Program-made: the position numbers and the translations under genes
Assembly (NCBI RefSeq): GCF_006345805.1
Contig: NC_043008.1
Span: 47,430,001-47,494,000 of the forward strand
DNA: 64,000 nt
Source: Octopus sinensis
Taxonomy: Eukaryota
Direction of reading: 5' to 3'
In this document: one piece after another, positions 13,461 to 27,699 of the stretch
Layout: each line of letters starts with the position of its first letter
How positions within the stretch are numbered: the first letter of the stretch is position 1
Notes under the pieces: model-generated
Told to the model about the DNA's origin: nothing
The model's database searches: none
Seen by the model: the letters and a program-made list of their open reading frames with translations, nothing else

Positions 13461-14609
13461 TGAAAAAAAATATCTCTACAAACTTCTGTTTTAGAAGATT
13501 GAATATAAACTGCGGAATGTAACATCATTCCTTTAATAGCAGGAACCCCTCTGAACAGAACTGTGTCTCATGTGATTCAATTTGATAAAGGGGCGATTGA
13601 AGGTGTTGTAATCGATATCATACTGCTGAGAACTAATCTCCCGTAAAGATATTGTCAAATTGTGAGTGAATCAGATTTTTTTCTTATTTTGCAGTAAGGA
13701 TTATGCCAGACTTTATCTGTTTCAATAGATCGATATTATTTGGGAAACGAACATAAAATCTTTCAGGTGAGTCGAACTCAACTGAATGCCATTTTACGTT
13801 TTCTCTCCCGCATGATGAAGTTACATAGAGTTATCTCCCTTCACATATAGATCGCTTGATTGTTAATTCGGTCCATTACAAGATTATGAACAGATCGAGA
13901 TTGAGAATAAACAAGCATTACCGTCGGCCAACTTGCCCTTGTTTTCTCTTGTTGTTAAAATAATCCTTATAAGGGATTTTTTCAGCAGATCCAAAGAAAG
14001 CTCAAACCGGCAAGTCTGTTGGCTAGCATTATTTACCTGCCCTTCCCATCTTCTCTATTTCGAATACTGCAACTTTTACGGGTCCAGCAATTCTAGCAAA
14101 GTCGGGGGTTCTAACAATATTTTGTCTCTGAGGGACAAACTAATAGAACAAACTGAGAACCAGCTACTACGTGTTCTTCACTGTTACTCGACCTGCTGGA
14201 AATAACAGCCAAGATTAGCATTTTACCTTCTCAAAACACAAAGGCTGCATTTGCCATGTTACAAAGAAGCTGTACCTGAAATAGATGGGCAGGGCAAAGG
14301 TGTGAACCAACTAAACAGCGACCAGTGTAACTCTGTGTGTGTGAGAGAGAGAGAGAGACAAAGGGAGAGGGAGAGAGAGGGGGAGAGAGAGAGAGAAAGA
14401 GAGAGTCGTTTGTAGAATATGTATATCATATAAGTCTCTGTTCTGTTTTAAGTGTGTTTTTGTGCATGCATGTAGAACATATAAATATCATATACGAAGT
14501 TCCATACTATTTTAAGTGTGTACATGTGTGTATGCATGTATGTAAACATATTTATGTAATATATAAAGTTCCTTTATATTTGTGAGTGTGCCCGCGTGTG
14601 CATGTGTGT

Positions 14610-14659
<50 letters not shown>

Positions 14660-14788
14660 ATGTGTGTGTGCGCGCGCGCGTGTGGTGTGAGTATATGCCT
14701 GTATGTGTTTATGCTTACATTTTCCTTATGTTTTTCAGTAAAGAACTAGACATATATACCAAGTCCCATGGATATAACGAAACCTTAC

Positions 14789-14856
14789 CTCTGTCATCGA
14801 AGCCGTGTGTTATCTCATGACCAATCACCACACCAATAGCTCCATAATTCATCGAA
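14789..14856 (-). CDS. M13 peptidase active-site exon: (S)[22 protein letters not shown](G)
   Basis: 68 nt, taattacAG acceptor, GTAAGG donor. HExxH zinc motif followed by GFDD. Confidence 0.98.
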
Positions 14857-16855
14857 CTGTAATTAAAACAAAATACCAAAATATGAATACAAATTAGTAT
14901 TTTGGTGTTAGTTAAGTATTTTAAAATAAATTATGGAAAGATCTCCATAATTTGGACTTTTTTTTAGATAACAAAAGATATAAAGTCGATGAATTTAACT
15001 CCACAATAAACGACAATTTCTTTATCGATGATAAAGATTTTGAAAATAAATATCAAATTAGAGAAATAACAAATGTAATCACCCTGTATTTAGTCGAAGA
15101 ATAAACCGTTCCTGAGAAACCAACCCGATAGTTGCAGTAGAAAATAGGTTAATTCAATAATTTCCCTTAATGTATTACTGGTATTAACTTTATGAATCCC
15201 CCGTAATTGCTAGCCTTGTACTAAATTTGAAACCACTTTTCTGTGTCCTAGAAGTAGCAATCACGTAGACAACAAAATATTTGACACCACTTTTTTCTCT
15301 TGTTATCTACTCAGCAAAAAATTAATTGCGCAGAGTTTTATTAAGATAGCACGATGTGTTTCTATTTGGAATTCACTATTTCGTTTATAAACTAAATTTA
15401 TGATTTCGTTTATGAGGGTAATATTTGCATTTGGAAAGTTAATTTTATCATTTGTATGAGATAAAAAGAGCGTGATTGTTGTCTTTCAAATCTTCCATCA
15501 ATGTTTTTGTAGCCCAAGTGGTTTGCAGGAAATCTTCATTCTGTAGGTCTCAGAGGGGAAAGAGGATTTATTTCCTTTCGGATTTTGCCAGGATGAACAA
15601 TGGTTTTGCAGTTAACGAAATGGGGCCAAAATCTTTCACTCTTCACACGCCCCAAAATGGCTCCGTCAAAAATTTATTATAGACCGGTTCATCTTAAACA
15701 TCGTTGAGTCAATTTCACTCTGACAACATCAAATAATAGGAACTTCAATGGGAAGATCTCCAGAGGCTCAACATCATCTTGACCTGGTCGGCTCTACGCA
15801 TGATGACGTCTCTGGGACCACTAACTTGGGATGACCCCAGCCTTATCAAACAAGAGCATGAAAGAATGAGAAGAATGAGCGCTACAAGACAAAGAAAAGG
15901 GCGCAAAATAAATCCAATGCAATGGGAACCATTTAATGGATGAAGAGGACGAACGGACATAGACTGGGGCTGATCTAAACGATAAGAAAATAGTCTTCGA
16001 TGAAGTCAAAGATAGAACCATCACCTCGAGACATCAGTCTTCTTTTATCTACCGAGACAGACATAAACTAACGAGGAATACCTTAAATGTGTTGGTCTCA
16101 ATACTTTCGCCAGTTTCTTAATTGCCGGACGAAAATCGCCATTGACTCCGCTAATGCGAACTCCAAATCCCGATGATAAGAAATGCAACTTGTATATTAA
16201 TTTATTCATGTTTTACTCCTGATGTTCACAACAAAACAAATTGAACTTCAATAGAAACTTCCAGTAAACATGTTCTAAGCATTATTCCTGTTCCTATGCA
16301 TGGTTTTCGCTTCAATGATTACAAATCGCCATCAATATACAAAATGTTGAGATGTAATCTTAATAGAAATTCCAAGTTAAGCTTTAGTAATGTGTTCTGT
16401 GACTAGCAAAATGATCTTCTCGATATCGTAAATTTCGTATGCAAGTAAATTTAGTTTAATGGATGCATTCTCTCCTGTCTTGGCATCGATTTATTAAAAG
16501 CAGGTTGAAATAAGGCGTAGCAGATCATTCAGAAGTTGAAATCGCTTGCTAGTTGTTCTGGGAATTTCTGTTACAACCACATTCTCAATGTCTAAACTAT
16601 AACGATTAAGCAAAAGTCTATTCCGTAGAACATGTTTTTTCTCTTCTGGTTCTAATATGCAAAACTTTAACTACTTCATTATCAATAGCTAATTATTAAT
16701 ACTATTAATTATTCTGGAAGTCCCCGGATGGCAGAATAGTTATAATGTTCGACTAAATGTCTTCCTCTGTTTAATCAGTTTCATTTAAAATCTTGCCGCA
16801 GTCGATTTTGCCAAGTATTTCTCACAGATAGCTAAATTGAGTACATCCAGACATT

Positions 16856-16913
<58 letters not shown>

Positions 16914-17497
16914 TAATAATGAAATGATGATGATGATGATGATGATGATGAGCAAGAATTTTAGGAAGGTTACTGAGCCGTTGTTTGAAGGGAACTTCTC
17001 CCCTTTCATTTTATTTATTGTTTGAGTATTTTATTGATAATCCATTGAATAAAATCGATCTCTCCCTTCTATTTGTCCCGGAGCCAATGTAAGACATCTA
17101 TAATAATAATAATAATTAGTCATCACATTTTCTTTTGGACTGTAATTTGAGTGCGTCAATGCAAAAACAGAGTTGATGCTGGAATATGGAAAGAACGTCT
17201 CTATTGCAAAAAGAAAATAATCAACAATATCCAACATTATCAAACTGGCAGCATTACGGGGGTAGGTGGGTGAAAGAGATGTCGTAAACTAAATAAATAA
17301 ATTAATTAAATGGCTCGCGGGATTTGATAAGGGACCAGGTTGCAACATAAAGGGAATTGGTATTCAATAGGAATCTCAATATGCGTGTACGTGTGTGTGT
17401 GTGTGTGCGTGTGTATGTACATATTATATATGTACATACACATATATATATATATATATAAATACACACACACACACACATAAATACAAACATACAT

Positions 17498-17576
<79 letters not shown>

Positions 17577-17820
17577 ATATACATATATAGTTTTCAATTA
17601 GTCAATTTAGGGTACCAAAAAAAAATTCAATAGAAATTTATCGCTACCAGCGGCCTGGTGGAAAAGAGAAAATAGTCATCGACTAAATATATAAATATAA
17701 CAATTTAGGAGTGACCCTAACGGGTCATTCGTCCACCAGAAAGAGCAGCCATAACTCACACCGCCAAGTAGTAGTATTCAGAAATTAGGTGAAAATTTAA
17801 AAACATTTACCCTAATTCAT

Positions 17821-17919
17821 CTTTTAGACGTTGCAACGTTCTGTGTCATTAATGATTAAATTAGCTTAATTAAATTAAATTAAGCTAATCTACCATAGGT
17901 TACACTTCATCAGTAAAAA
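17821..17919 (-). ncRNA. type I hammerhead copy with one core A missing (GAAC instead of GAAAC)
   Basis: Reverse complement of the 18492-18591 motif except for a 1-nt deletion. Confidence 0.6.
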
Positions 17920-18491
17920 ACCTGGGAGAGACAAATATACACGAGGCGTCTGTATCGATGCCTACGGAATATCTGTCTTAAAATTTTCAAGACTGACGTA
18001 TTCGCGCCAAACTTATCAGCAGTAAATATAAACTGCCGATTAAATCTCAGAATTATTCAGAAAATTATCAATTAGTCAATTTAGGGTAGCAAAAAAAAAT
18101 TCAATAGAAATTTATCGCTACCAGCGGCCTGGTGGAAAAGAGAAAATAGTCATCGACTAAATATATAAATATAACAATTTAGGAGTGACCCTAACGGGTC
18201 ATTCGTCCACCAGAAAGAGCAGCCATAACTCACACCGCCAAGTAGTAGTAATTCAGAAATTAGGTGAAAATTTAAAAACATTTACCCTAATTCATCTTTT
18301 AGACGTTGCAACGTTTCTGTGTCATTAATGATTAAATTAGCTTAATTAAATTAAATTAAGCTGAGATTGAATCGGCAGTTTATATTTACTGCTGATAAGT
18401 TTGGCGCGAATACGTCAGTCTTGAAAATTTTAAGACAGATATTCCGTAGGCATCGATACAGACGCCTCGTGTATATTTGTCTCTCCCAGGT

Positions 18492-18591
18492 TTTTTACTG
18501 ATGAAGTGTAACCTATGGTAGATTAGCTTAATTTAATTTAATTAAGCTAATTTAATCATTAATGACACAGAAACGTTGCAACGTCTAAAAG
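18492..18591 (+). ncRNA. type I hammerhead ribozyme with long branched stem II
   Basis: TTTTTA CTGATGA A GTGT...ACAC A GAAAC GTTGCAAC GTC TAAAAG. 6-bp stem I, intact core, palindromic ACGTTGCAACGT stem III, GUC triplet (cut after 18585). Confidence 0.8.
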
Positions 18592-18719
18592 ATGAATTAG
18601 GGTAAATGTTTTTAAATTTTCACCTAATTTCTGAATTACTACTACTTGGCGGTGTGAGTTATGGCTGCTCTTTCTGGTGGACGAATGACCCGTTAGGGTC
18701 ACTCCTAAATTGTTATATT

Positions 18720-18752
<33 letters not shown>

Positions 18753-18786
18753 GAAAAAACAATGCTAAAATAATTTTATAAAGAAC

Positions 18787-18832
18787 ATTTCAGTACCGGT
18801 TTCGGTCATTTTGAGAACTTTTCAACTGTAAC
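18787..18832 (-). ncRNA. minimal type I hammerhead, U3-A8 covariant core
   Basis: GTTACAG TTGAAAA GTTC TCAAAAT GACC GAAAC CG GTA CTGAAAT. Palindromic ACCGGT stem III, GUA triplet, one mismatch each in stems I and II. Confidence 0.7.
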
Positions 18833-19019
18833 GATTAAATAATTAAATTTAGAAAAATTAAAAGAAAAGTTTTTTTAAAGGAATATTTGTATAGTGTTCA
18901 AGTATAAGTGACATTCTGCCTTTCTCTGTCTCCCTTGTTTGCACTTGTGTGTTCGAGGTCGTTGTGAATTCTGGTAGGGTAGAAGAAGAAGAAGGTTGAT
19001 GAGGAGAGGGGGTAGAAAA

Positions 19020-19084
<65 letters not shown>

Positions 19085-19086
<2 letters not shown>

Positions 19087-19310
19087 TGGTTTCAAATGTT
19101 GGCATAAAGCCAGCAAGTTCGTGAGAGGAGTAAATTGATTATGTCGTTGACCAGGATGCTCCACTGGTGCTTATTTTATCGATCCCGACAGGTTGGAAGT
19201 CAAAGTGAACCATGGAAGAATTTCAACTCAGTATGGTCGGATTAAACACCGCTAAACATTTTGCCAGGTGCTCTAACGATTCTACCAGCTCACCGCTCTT
19301 TATATTTTCT
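19085..19310 (-). mobile_element. SINE copy (family also at 30845, 52518, 53330)
   Basis: Reverse complement resembles the ...GACTTTGCC...GATAAAATAAGTACCAGT...ATCGA body seen in the other copies. Confidence 0.6.
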
Positions 19311-19333
19311 CTCCTCTTTATATATATATAATA

Positions 19334-20422
19334 TACAGGGGTTGGACGAAATAATGGAAACACCTAGCATCGTACTATCATAATTTTGAAAAATCTATAA
19401 AACTGACAAAAGCTTGTTACTTTTGTGCTTTTTTAAATTTATTATTAGCGTTGCTTAATATGTTTTGCTAAAATTGTTGTTTCTTTTCAGATATCATCAG
19501 AAAAAGGTAATTAAAATTCCTTGAAACGACAGATCTTTCGAAGTTTCAAAGAGGTAAAATTGTTGGTGCCCGTATAGCAGGCGCTAACGTAACGAAAACA
19601 ACCGAAGTATCGTCTCGAAAGTAATGACAGCCTTTGGGAAAGAGGGAAATACCTCATCTTCGAAACAAAACTACGGAAGAAAGTCAAAACTTTCAGACAG
19701 GGACCGTTGGACTCTTATGCGTATTGTTAGAAAGTATCACAAAAGTAAACCTCGCAAAATTACTGCAGAACCAAATGACTACATTGAGAACCCAGTTTCC
19801 ACAAAGACTGTTCGCTGGGAGCTGCACAAAGCTGGATTTCATGGGAGGGCTGCAATCAGAAAACCACTAATTTCAAAAACAAACGTCGCAAAGCGTTTAG
19901 AGTGGAGTAAAAACCTACAGAATTTGTCCATGGAGTAGCGGAAGAATGTTATTTTCTCGGACGAGTCATCCTTTACCTTATTTCCGACTACCGGCCGAGT
20001 ATACGTGTGGAAACATCCAAAAGAAACATTCGACCCCAACTGTCTTCTTCTAACTGTTAAACATGGCGGAGCATTTGTTATGATGTATAACTTGGAAATC
20101 CGCCGGCCCAGTGGTTCCCTTCATGGCATAATTAATAGTCTAGACTATTTAAGTATTTTATCTGATCAAATTCATCCTATGGATGGGGAACTGTTGCCGG
20201 AGGGAAGCGCAATCTTTCAGGGTGATAATGAACCAATTCACACAGCTAAAGTTGTTACTCAATAGCACGTGGAACATTCAAGTGAAGTTGAACATCGTAT
20301 CTGGCCACCACAGTCCCCAGATCACAATTGTTCAGAACATTTATGGTGCATTTTAGAAAAACAGGTAAGGGGTCGATATCCTCCACCATTATCACTACAA
20401 GAACTACAGACTGTTTTAGCTG
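19334..20422 (+). mobile_element. Tc1-family transposon, 3'-truncated
   Basis: TA|CAGGGGTTGGACGAAATAATGGAAACAC left end. Transposase GRKSKLSDRD, RKPLIS, IFSDES, VKHGG, FQGDN..IH, WPPQSPD. Right TIR not found. Confidence 0.9.
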
Positions 20423-21165
20423 ACAGTGACGTCGTCCGCGTATACAGACACGTTCCTCCCGCATCCCAGCTCTTGTGAGATGCCCCTCAGCGTCGCCAGC
20501 TTCCGCAGTACTGGCTCAAGCGACAGTATATACAGAAGCGACGAGAGGGGACATCCTTGACGAACCGAACGCATGATGTTAAATGGTCTGGATAGAAGAC
20601 CATTTACGCGAACTACCGAGTGGATGCCGCAGTATAAGGCAACGATCTAACCGCGGAAGATGGGACCGAAACCAGACGCTCTAAGGACAGCCTCCAAGTA
20701 GTGATTGATCCAAATTGATCAGCGGCCCACCCATTCCATGTTCCTTAACTACTCTGTCTATGATGTAGCGGATCAGATGGAGGTTGTCATGGATACTCCC
20801 ACCTGGCACGGCGCTCGTTTGCGCCTTGTCGACTAGTTTCTCGGTGACAAGCGCCAACTTCAGCTAGCACCTTGGCCACAACGTTCAAGTCTGCGTTGAG
20901 AAGAGTGATGGGCCTGAAATTATCTACTACGTTCCCCTTGTTTGGATCTTTCTTTAGCAGTGCTACGGCTCCTCGCTTTACAGAGACGGGGATACTCCCA
21001 TTTTGCTGCCAGTTGCAGTAGACAGCTGCCAAGGCGTCTCCAAACAAGTCTGGGATGTGACAATAAAGTTCGTAGGGCAGACCATCCAAGCTTGGTGACT
21101 TGTCTCTTGCGTAGCCTGCCATCGTTTCCGGTACGCCCGCGTCCCTGCTGGGTCTTTCACAACAC
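20423..21165 (-). mobile_element. L1/Tx1-clade LINE RT fragment
   Basis: KSPSLDGLPYELY, LLKKDPNKG...NFRPITLLNADL; downstream frames give NLDQ, GCPLS-like motifs. Confidence 0.85.
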
Positions 21166-21505
21166 TCCACCTCTCTTACTGAGACAAGCAGACAGACAGA
21201 CAGACAGATAGAAAGATACACAGACAAAGAGCTAAACAGGCAGTCAGGCAGATAGTCAGTCAGAGAACACAGCTTGTCATTCATGCTAACTTGTTTCGCC
21301 ACAACCATCTCTCGAGCTTCTTGAACTTTAACGTTAGTGGTGGAACTTGATGGGCGTACTACTTCCTATATATATATATGTGTGTGTGTGTGTGTATATA
21401 TATATAAGATATATATCATATATCATATATATATATATTTGCATGTAAGTAAATATTTATACATGTACATGTACATATATATATGCTTATATGTACATCT
21501 ATCTA

Positions 21506-21579
<74 letters not shown>

Positions 21580-21775
21580 ATATATGTATGTATGTAGATA
21601 TAATATATGTATGTATGTATGTATATATATATATTTCGGAATGGTCATTTTGCCAGTTTAGCCAATAAAAACACACGCACTATATATTTGGTGTTATTTG
21701 CTTCAGTGTTATTTATTTTTTACATTAATCTTAATCTTATTTCGGCATATCACCTCTCCGTTCCTCGTGCGCTGA

Positions 21776-24036
21776 ATGAGCTTCTGTAGGCAGATTTTAG
21801 GATTATACATTAAGAGACAGAGACAGAATAAGACAGATGCCCAACAACTAGGGATTAAACCTGCATGTGGCCTACAGAAGCTCATTCAGCGCACGAGGAA
21901 CGGAGAGGTGATATGCCTTCCCACAGATAAGTCCGGCAGGATGTCAATAGACAGCTTACCGAACTACACCCAGGCAATGCAACCTCATATCGCCAATACA
22001 AAAGTAACAACTGTACAAGCGCATGAGGAGAGAGAAAAGGTCCTCAATGCCCACATGATGATGGGGACAATTGTTCTGGGACCCCAGAAACGTACTGCAA
22101 AGAATTTCCAAGCCTGGAACAATGATATCCCGGCACTGTATGGACTTCGCAAGGACCATAAAGTTTTTACTGACCCTATAGCAGGACCACCAACCAGACC
22201 AGTCTGTGGAGCGAATATCGCTAGCAATTACAGAATCTCCTACTTCCTCTCAATGATCATACGCCCTATAATCAGGATGTCACCTGATGTGTGTGACAGC
22301 ACAGAAGATCTCCTCAGCAGGATCAGTGACTGTAACAAAACTTGTGACTTGACAGGATGTATAGTAGGTAGCATGGATGTGGTATCCCTATACCCATCGA
22401 TTGACGTAGATTTTGCAGTGGAGAAGTGCGTGGAGATGATCAACGAAAGCCAAGTGGAGTTCTGTAATGTGAACACAGAAGAACTGGGCCTCCTACTTAG
22501 ACCAACTTGTAATAATGAATACTTAGATAAACATAATCTTAGTAGTTTCTGCTCCAGTAGATGTTTAAGAGGTAGACCGCCTACAATTACTTATATGGCT
22601 AGGAAGACACATATAGAAAGATTGGCGCGGATGGACCAGAGTCATACGGAGCCCCGCAAATGTCCATCAGGTAAAGAAAATGATCGCACATGCAATAGGA
22701 GCTAGTATAAGAGTTACCCTAAAAGGCCACATGTTTAAATTTAATAATAAAATATATGCCCAGGACGAGGGGGCAGCCATCGGTGTTAGTATCGCTGGTG
22801 ATGTGGCCAACCGTTTCATGATATGGTGGGACAGAAGGCTTAAAGAACGCCTACTGCAGAAATCCATACTCGTAAACATGTACTCTCGCTATGTTGATGA
22901 TATCAACATAGTGGTAAAGGCACCCCCACAAGAGAGTAATGTTGATATAATAATAGAAACTAATACTATGGAGAGCATCCAGCAAATAGCTAACTCCATC
23001 CACCAGAGTGTTAGGTCACAATAGACTACCCCACTAAACACTCCAACCATAGACTACCAGTACTAGACACTGAACTCTGGCTAGAAATTGTGAATAATAA
23101 AACCCAAGTCCTTCATTCATACTATGCCAAACCTATGGCCTCAAAATACCTGATCCACCGGAACTCAGCCATTGCGGGCAATGCCAAATTCAATATTTTG
23201 ATGGCAGACCTCGTCAGAATAATGAGAAATGTGTCACGCATGTGCGAGCCTACAGAATTAAAGAGACACATTCAGTATTTCATTCACCGCATGCAGTTCT
23301 CAGGCTACAGCCATAAAGAAAGGATCAGAGTATACATAGGAGCCATGAAGAAATTTGATAATATATTATGTAATGATATGAATGGGATTTGCCCACTCTA
23401 TAGGAACAAGTCATGGAACACTATAGAAAGGACAAAAAAAAAAAGAAAATAGGGAAGGCCAACTCTTGGTATGATAGCCATAAATACCAGAGTGTCATGT
23501 TCGTTGACACCACCCCTGAAGGTGAACTGGCGTACCGCTTTAGAAGGACCCTAGATAAACTTAAGCTAAGAATTAAGGTTGTTGAAAAGCCAGGCAACAC
23601 TATCAAATCTATAATTGGTAGAACCTATCCTTTTAGTAGAACCCCCTGTACGGATAAGTACTGTACTGTATGTAGATTTAGCCAACAAACAAACTGTAAA
23701 GCCAGAAATGTAGTCTATAGTATAAAATGTATAGAGGGACGATGCAGTAACAAGACAACGACATACGTAGGGGAAACGGCAAGAAGCATAGGAGAGCGGG
23801 TAAATGATCATTGGAGACAAATCAAGGAAGGTAAAAGCTCATTGATTCTGTACCAACACGCCGAACAGGAACACGGGGAATCAATCAATAACATAGAAAT
23901 TAAGATATTGTCCACACATAGAACAGATGCAACAATTAGACAAATTACAGAAGCTACACATATAATAGAAAATAAACCTAGCCTGAATAGAAAACTAGAA
24001 TGGAGCAATAGCACACACCACAACATAGGACGATAG
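21776..24036 (+). pseudogene. frameshifted PLE RT/GIY-YIG polyprotein (ORFs 21776-22705, 22680-23024, 23090-23452, 23413-24036)
   Basis: Consecutive ORFs in changing frames give colinear PLE motifs. Confidence 0.9.
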
Positions 24037-24444
24037 AGGATCCCGAAAACATAATAAATACGCAGATAAATAAACAAATAGAAATGAATAACTATATATA
24101 TTTTTTTTTTTCGATTAGATTTATTATTATTATTACTAATATTGTTGTTATACATACATACATACATACATACAAGCATATGTAATGATAATAATGGGTG
24201 GATGTAAACACATAAACAAAATTAGAACAAAAGCAACAACAACAAAAACAAAATACAAATTACAAATTACTTGAATGTATATAAACAGAAGATACAAATA
24301 TTACAGACATCCCCCCCCCACACACACTAAATAAACATAGACGCACATAGAGATATAAGCATGCGCAAATGAAGACATATACTAGAAATACAAAATGGCT
24401 GACGGTTAGTAAGGAGAGACACAAATAAGAAAGAAGAAAACAAA

Positions 24445-24489
24445 GGACCACTGATGCGGTCACAGGAGTGTGACGAAAGAACTCTGGCC
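24445..24489 (+). ncRNA. type I hammerhead in the PLE pLTR, core-mutated (A9->C)
   Basis: GGACCA CTGATGCG GTCACA GGAG TGTGAC GAAAG AA CTC TGGCC. Perfect 6-bp stem II, stem I with one bulge, CUC triplet (cut after 24484). Confidence 0.7.
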
Positions 24490-24666
24490 GAAATAAGATT
24501 AAGATTAATGTAAAAAATAAATAACACTCAAGCAAAATAACACCAAATATATATAGTGCGTGTGTTTTTAATGGCTAAACTGGCAAAATGACCATTCCGA
24601 AATATAACAATATCTGTTTCAGCACACGACTTCACATAAAAAATCTTGCACAACAAATATTTAAAC

Positions 24667-24834
<168 letters not shown>

Positions 24835-27699
24835 AAACCATATGTGATGTGTATGCATATAGGTCTGTGTGCGTGGATGCGGTGTGACAGTGTGAAAGAT
24901 AGACCCATTTATGTGGCGGCAGTTATTCGATATTATCTTCTCCTCTGCAACTAACAGGAATTGCGTCTGGAACTTTTTAATTACATTTTTTGTTTACCAT
25001 AGCTGCTGAATGTTTTGTAATCATTCAGCAAACGATGCGATGCAATTTTATATGAATGTTTGTAATAAACTTTCGTCCTCGCAGCGTCCAACCTCAGAAG
25101 CCAATAACATATTTCTGTCGGCCTATTACAGATACCTACTTTTGATGTTAATTGGACTTTATGTTATATCTAATAACGTTTATATTTATATTTATCAGAC
25201 AAATTTTCTTTCAGCGATTACTCCAGACAATTACTTAGTGACGTTTGTTAGGATGCAGTTATAAAATTATTTATTTATTTTCTTCAAAGCTCAACGAATT
25301 AGTATGTTCCAATAATGAATTATTGAAAGAAATATAAAGCAAAAAATCATAAATTCTCATCGTCACTTTGTGGTTATATCTACTTTCATTGTTGTAATAT
25401 TATTCGCCGGGACAGAAAAAGCGAGAAACAACATCGCCTAAAGGACGCTGTAGAGCAAAGGCTAAAAAATGTACAAAAACTAGAATGCAATAATTCCGAA
25501 CGTAATGGTTATTGAAGTTATTTCATTTCGCTTGTGTTAATAAAACTGCGTTGACCATCATAATTTCGCTTTCCAGAATGTGTGTATATTGTATCGTCTC
25601 AACTTATGTGGCTTTGTTTTATCATGTGGGAGAAACCGTTGTACATATTAGGTTTTCATCAATGAATTGGAACCAAAATCATTCGTTTCTTTGTGGCTTT
25701 GGCTCTAACACGAATTGTTCCATCTCAACCGACAGACAAGGTTTAGGCACAGGACCGTTCCAGGTTGATCGCTCTAGAAGACTTGTATTATGGCCACCGC
25801 TACATAGGTTTAACCCCTTGACGCTGAGGAAACTGAGATTAACAAGTGAGATTATGGAAGGCCGATTCCACGGACGAGGTTATAGTCTAACTTCTGTTTA
25901 ACCCTTCCGCTTTCAGATTATTGTCAAATGCGAAGCTTATTTATTCACATCATTTTTAATTCATCCTACATTATTTTGCAATTTTGAGATTTTGATGATG
26001 TGATTCTGTACTTTTAGACTGGCACTTTACGGTAGACGTGAAGGCCTGAATGTGGCCCAGTTTGAACTTAAAACAAGTAGAATATTTTGGCTGAATATGA
26101 CCAGTTTAAATGTTAAGAAATTAAAGATGTGTTTGGATCAGGCATCGAAGAATTATATTTGAAATTAGGAAATAAGAAATAAACGAAAATTATCTACCAA
26201 GGCCAGGCGGTTCGTTGTTTCTAAGATATATCACAACACTAAACATAACCCTATCTCTAAAATGATGCTAATTAGCAACGCTTATTTTGTATTGCGAAAT
26301 GATTTTTGTCTTTTGTTTGTTTTTGTATAATTATCCTAATAGAAACTCCCCTTAAACGTTATGCACTTAATATTTATCGCCACTTAAACTTCGGAACAAT
26401 CTATACTGCGACAGATACCACGAGATAAACTCTCTTATTGACTTTTGGTGGAAAATTCATTCTAACTTACATTGCTAGCGGGGAGAGAAATCCCCGCCAC
26501 CCACAGAACACGTAACTTCGACCTTCCTTGACCTTGTAAATGATGGACACACGACCGCTAGAAATAGCAGCGACTCATCCCCTAAACAGCGATATATAGA
26601 ATAGCAGTACTGGTGTCGCGATTAGCCAGTGAGCTTGTTAAAAGAAATAGAATTAGAGACAGAGACAGTATTCATATTGCGAGGTAATATTTATGCCCAC
26701 TTAAATGTCGATTGTATGTTAGAAGAAACTATACTACGGTAGATACCAATGGAGGCACCCTCAGTTTCCCTTTTGGTGCAAAATGTGCCCTTGTTTATAA
26801 CGCTAGCGGGCAGATAAATCTCCGCCACGTCCAGCACCGACACCACCAGATCACGTGATCTCAGCCTTCCTTGGTTTTGTCAATGATGGGCGCTCGACTT
26901 GCACTTGAAGCCAATAAGAGAGTTTCTCTCGTGGTATCTACCGCGGTATAACTTGTTCTAACAGAACAGCCATGTTCAAATGGTGATAAATAATTCCTTG
27001 TCTTTGTGAATACTGCCTCCATCGTTAATATATATTTGTAATGCATTTAATAAGTGCAGCAGCCGCACAGAATCTTTTCCATGAACTGAACAAATGATGT
27101 ACAGTTGATAGAATTCAATAAGCTATCAACGCCACGTGAAGCCAGAAGATCACTTGTACACACACCTGTGTAAAACAGATGTGAGATAATGTATTGATGA
27201 TACCTTTGATTGCAATCAATAGAAGTACGTACCACTCTAACAGATATCTTGCGTATAACAGTGCTGGGTCACCACGAGATCGATTCAGAAAACACACACA
27301 CAACAAAACAATGATTTCCTGAGAAATTGTTATTTAAGCAATGCATTGCAGGTTTAATATGACCATTCAATCACGACACACACACACACGCGCGTACATA
27401 GGCAAACGTGCACATAGACATACATGTGCGTGTGTGTGTGTATGTGTATGTGTGTGTGTGTGTGTGTATTCTGTGCGGCGAGAGAACTATTTGAATAGCG
27501 TTACACTATTCCTGCCAAGGTCAATAAAATAAAGTACCATTCAAGCAAATTTCAATCAATTTCAGAGATTAACCTTGAACCCCCATCCCCACTCCCACAC
27601 CACTCATGCCCACCTCTAGAAGAAATCTGGCATTTTGTCTCTATAAAAAACAAAACCCTTGCCCTCAGGTTTTTTGCCTATTTCCTCTATCCGTCTGTT

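Larger units (their letters stand above)
17594..18725. mobile_element. tandem plus inverted array of a 474-bp PLE pseudo-LTR/retrozyme-like unit carrying hammerheads
   Basis: Copy 1 17594-18067, partial copy 2 18068-18362, inverted copy 18361-18725 (mirror of 18050-17688). (TA)n on both sides. Confidence 0.85.
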
